From contig LSRY02000005.1 of assembly GCA_001643675.2 (NCBI GenBank), positions 1,054,001 through 1,118,000 of the forward strand: 64,000 nucleotides of DNA, read 5' to 3'. Below, one piece after another: positions 60,020 through 64,000 of the stretch; the first letter of the stretch is position 1, and each line of letters begins with the position of its first letter. The notes beneath the pieces were generated by a model. That model had not been told where the DNA came from. It worked only from the letters and a program-made list of their open reading frames with translations, and made no database searches. Both the position numbers and the translations under genes were made by a program. Origin of the DNA: Monocercomonoides exilis PA203 (taxonomy: Eukaryota; Protista; Preaxostyla).

Positions 60020-61596
60020 AGTATATTCAAAGACGGTTATTGAGAAATGGGAATTCGGAGAGCGGTTGGCGCTGCTTTAGGCATCTTCAATGAAGAATTT
60101 GAACAGGCTGCATGACGAAATTCGATGGCATCGAATGTGCTCGAAGACCCTTCATACAGCAGAAACATCGACCACGTGAGATCGGTATTTTTCAACTCAA
60201 ACAGCATGCCGATTACACTTCACCATTCCACAACAGCAAAGAAAAAAGCACCCAGCTCAGCGACACTTATGTGTGGCTCAATAGCACACCTGTTCAGATC
60301 CAATGAACCCTACTTGCTGAGGATGATCGCACTAACTTCGTTGCTGAACACATCGGAAACTTGGAGGGTGGTACCTGAAAGAAGGAAACTCCAACAGTTC
60401 AGAAGGAATTGATCGGATCCCAGGATGTCTTCCTGGAACAGCAGCACTGACTGCACTGCTTCCTCGCTGGGCAAAGACCGGCAAGTGAAGTTCGATAAGT
60501 CAGCGGGACGGCTGATGGCTGTTGAGCAGCTGATGCAGAACGTTTTGTGTTCAGCCGATGCGTCGATGTGCTCGAAGCCAGTCACAAAGGATCGGCAGGG
60601 ATCGTTCGGCGATCCACACCTGGCAATGTCGAATCCGGCATCGGACAGGTGGATCTCGCTGGATGTGTATGGAACAAGAAAGCGGAACAGATCAGCATCG
60701 ACAAATGTTTGGTTGCTCCCCTCAAACGCATACAGATCATAAACAGACAGTTCGAATAGGAGGTGGAAGGTGGTAGGAGTTGCTCTCGTACTGAAATTGA
60801 AGGAGTTCACATAAATGTTTCTGCCTTTGGCTGAATCGTTGCTCGCAAAAGTGATTGCCTCAAAAAGGAAACTTTCTAACATGCATCTGTGTCTGTGCTT
60901 TTCACGCATGGCGCCCCTACTCTGTCTGTCTTCTTTTTGCACTCGCCGTGGTCAAACTCGCACCCAGCAGCACTCAAATGGCACCAGCTCCCCAGACTCA
61001 CCCCAATCAGCCTGCCTGCATCGCAACCCAAGGCACGGCTCCCTTGAAATGCAGTTGTGTTCATCTCCAGTGAGCTGCTGATGCGCAGGAGAGATAAAGT
61101 GGGAGAAATAGCATAGACACGCACTCTTCCAACTGCATGCTGCATCCTTCAGCACGAACAAGAGCGCCTTCAACCTGATGAGAGCTTGCTGGAGTGAACG
61201 TCTTGCTATCGAGCAGAAGTCGATCCCGAGGTGTGGAGGAAGACATGAGTCGGAGTTACGAAGAAATGAATTCCTGATAACAGAATAATCAGTCCAGCTG
61301 AAGCTCTGTCTATCTGTGATTAGTACAGCACAACGGAGTGAACCATCGTGTGTGACAGAAAAAAATTTGAATATAGCCTTTTCAGAGCTGCTGGAGGAAA
61401 CTGATTAAAATTTCTGGTCAAACTCGTTTTGGATAAGCGCCGATTCCTCGAAAGCAAGCGTCTTGCCTGCTGAACCTAAATTAATGTTCATCGTGCCTCT
61501 CCAGAACGATGCACAAAGATATGTGTCTGAACCGCACCCCAGGATATCGAAGCCGTTGGGAGGGATACAGGAGCTGGAGAACATGTCATTTAACAT
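60020..61596 (-). pseudogene. Fragmented paralog of the giant receptor ectodomain family
   Basis: ITFASNDSAKGRNIYV..FEGSNQTFVDADLFRFL..HLSDAGFDIARCGSPNDPCRSF and GFDILGCGSDTYLCASF parallel NSAKCGRDVFV..DVDLFDLW..IADDGIDSKLCGTTNIPCKSF of the giant gene. There are multiple stops/frameshifts, and no signal peptide or TM was seen. Confidence 0.7.
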
Positions 61597-61791
61597 TCCA
61601 TTAATAGCTGAATAGCATTAGAAAAAATGAGAAAAAACCTATTTGGCTGAATTTATCAGAGTTTTTCTTGCAATTCTTCAGAATTTTACACAGCCATTTT
61701 TAGACACTTATCGAATTTTCATTTTTCATTAAAGAATTAATTTTTTTCTCAATATGTTCATTTGAACTTATGTTCACAAACGTACTTTTGA

Positions 61792-62580
61792 GGTACTTTC
61801 CCAATAGGTGGACATAACCCTTAATAAATAAATTTTTCTGTGAAAATCATAATAATTATAAATAAAAAATTTGTTTACAAACTGCTTTACATATTGTAAA
61901 TTGCACTAATTATCACTACAGTCAAAACCGGATATAATCACGTCGAAAATAATCACATTCGTTTATAGTCAAGTTTTTCGATGCACCTACAATAAAGGCC
62001 TATCTTTCATTCATTTTTCATCGCATATAATCACAGGGCTGAAAATATATAATCACATTTTTTATCATTATGGGTGGATTTTTCATTGAAAAATTGACTT
62101 TTTGATCAAAAATCTCAATATTTCGCTTTTTCAAAAATGTGCTCAAATAAGTCAAAATAATGTGTGTTAATAATAAAAATTGTTATTTTTATTGAAAAAT
62201 GTGTATTTGTGTAGAATTTCCAAAAATAAAAAAATCGACCCAAAATAAATTATTTCAAATATTAATTTTAACTTTCTTCTGTGAAAAGCATCATCGTGTA
62301 TAATCACAATCGGATATAGTCACAAAAAGTTGTGCAAAAACTGATGTGATTATATCCGGTTTTGACTGTATGTTAAGTATTTATGAATTTAGTGATCTGC
62401 AAAATAAAAATATCTGAGGGTTTGAGTTGATAAAAGTGCAACTGAAGAACAAGAATATTTGTTCATGTTTGCATAAAGCTGTTTCATTTGGTTTATTTAG
62501 GTTTTTCGGGTTTTTATTAAGAAAATAATAACCTAAAAAAATAACTATTTAGGGTTATGTCCACCTTTTGGGATTGTACC
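61792..62580. mobile_element. Merlin-like non-autonomous element (GG termini, 8-bp TSD) containing a nested MITE
   Basis: TIRs GGTACTTTCCCAATAGGTGGACATAACCCT / AGGGTTATGTCCACCTTTTGGGATTGTACC. Flanks are ACTTTTGA and GCTTTTGA (7/8 match). Confidence 0.8.
61919..62368 (+). mobile_element. Tc1/mariner(pogo)-type MITE, 450 bp, TA TSD
   Basis: Perfect 23-bp TIR CAGTCAAAACCGGATATAATCAC, flanked by TA on both sides. Confidence 0.92.
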
Positions 62581-64000
62581 GCTTTTGAACACATATGAAA
62601 GTCAGTTGTTCGTCGTATGTTTCGTTTTATCAATAGGAATTATTTCTTTCAGGAAAACTATTCTTCGAATTTTTTTTCAATTTTTAAAAGGAGCTAACAT
62701 ATTTTAAAATTCCCATTTTTCTAATTTTTTTAGTGAATTCGCAAAATGAAATGTGAGATGAATGAAAATTTCTATTTTAATATTCTATTCACATTTTTAA
62801 ACATCTTTGAAACATCAAAACGTTTTACATTATTTCGCTTTTTGATCGAAAAATGGGGCATAATTTTTCCATTTACGAAAAAAACAGTGTTTTGACACAA
62901 ACTTATTCTGCATTCTAGTCATAATGTTTATAGTCCAATGATACAAAAAAAAAAAATGAATTGAAAACTATTCCATAATAAAAGTTTATTTTGAGTTTAA
63001 GAAACAATTTCGATATAAAAGGAAATAACATGAGAAGACATATGAAAGGTTTGGCTTTAAACATTGCTCTCATTAAAAAGTACTTTTAACGGGAACAGAA
63101 GTTTTACAAAATCGCTTATGTTGTTGCTGAAGATTTGATATAAATGGTGATGATTTGCTCCTGATAATTGTTATTTCAAAAGAAGATTTTCTCATAATGG
63201 TAAAAATTGATAGAGGAGGTGAAAATATGGAGATACACTAAAATCAATTATTTTTTACAGGTGAAAAAAAAATAGAAAATGAAGTGTATGATTTCTAAGA
63301 GAGGAAAGAGGAATAATCATTGCAAAATGAAGAGGGGGAAGAAGAATTGTTCATTTATTGACACTTTCTATCCAAGAAATCGTTTGTGTGAAGCAATAGA
63401 TGATCTGTTGTTGAATCTTCGAAGAGTTTAAATGTTGCTGTTTGGAGACAACGGGTTATCGTTCACACAACAAAGAAAATACACACGCTGCTTGCAATGC
63501 ATCCTTATTCAAGAGTAATAAAAGGGCTTTATATGCTGAGACGTGAAGTCTGATAACATATTTTCATGACCATCGAAAAGATGTTAATTCTAGTACTATT
63601 CAGTTCAATTTACTAAATTATCGACTTCTTCTTTAGTTTATTCATCTTAAAATTCAGGATTTGAATTATTGAAGTCTGTAACTGAGTTTTCTTTGCGATT
63701 TGTCTGAATTATTACAATTTTAATATCTCCATTGCACATGGAACGGGGATCCGAGCACAAAACAAGCATTCTCTCAACTGTAAGAACAAGGAAGCGATTC
63801 TGAGCTGTTCGATAAGATAAAATATAGCCAACTTAGTAATGTGTGCATCGCATCTGAGCTAGCAACCTAGCAAGTTCTGTTTCCATGGAAGGCAAACAAC
63901 GGGATGCTGAAGTGATTCCAACAGACAAAGCGAGTGCTGCTGAATGAGCTGAGGAGCGAAAGCTACGAGCTGCAACTGCACAAGCGCGTTGAATACAGTG

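Noticed and set aside
63230-64000. Slightly GC-richer terminal segment, possibly another decayed coding fragment
   Set aside because: No sustained frame or recognisable motif was found, so it cannot be supported.

Overview
This is AT-rich eukaryotic (protist) genomic DNA with the standard genetic code and short spliceosomal introns that mostly start GTTTG. Gene content and style resemble oxymonads/Preaxostyla (Monocercomonoides-like), which is an inference only. The left part holds the 3' end of a Ser-rich gene, a small putative secreted protein, a 9-exon sirtuin (with a 10-nt micro-exon), and WDR90/POC16. WDR90 appears split into a CFAP20/DUF667-domain gene (with a GC-AG intron) and a separate, C-terminally truncated WD40 ORF. 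A hypothetical gene and a MITE-dense spacer (18.3-22.5 kb) follow. The centre is one ~25-kb gene for a giant (~8,300 aa if G-run indels are errors) single-pass surface protein. It has a beta-helix/Pmp-like Cys-rich ectodomain with ten near-identical G-rich 1,803-bp (601-aa) tandem units, a TM helix, and only the C-lobe of a TK/TKL kinase (catalytically dead). The right part holds (ATT)n, a ~1.94-kb near-perfect palindrome, a bacterial-type TylF/MycF O-methyltransferase head-to-head with cytosolic Hsp90, a chagasin-family (I42) cysteine-protease inhibitor, nested MITEs, and a decayed paralog of the giant receptor. All calls were made by eye, without database searches.
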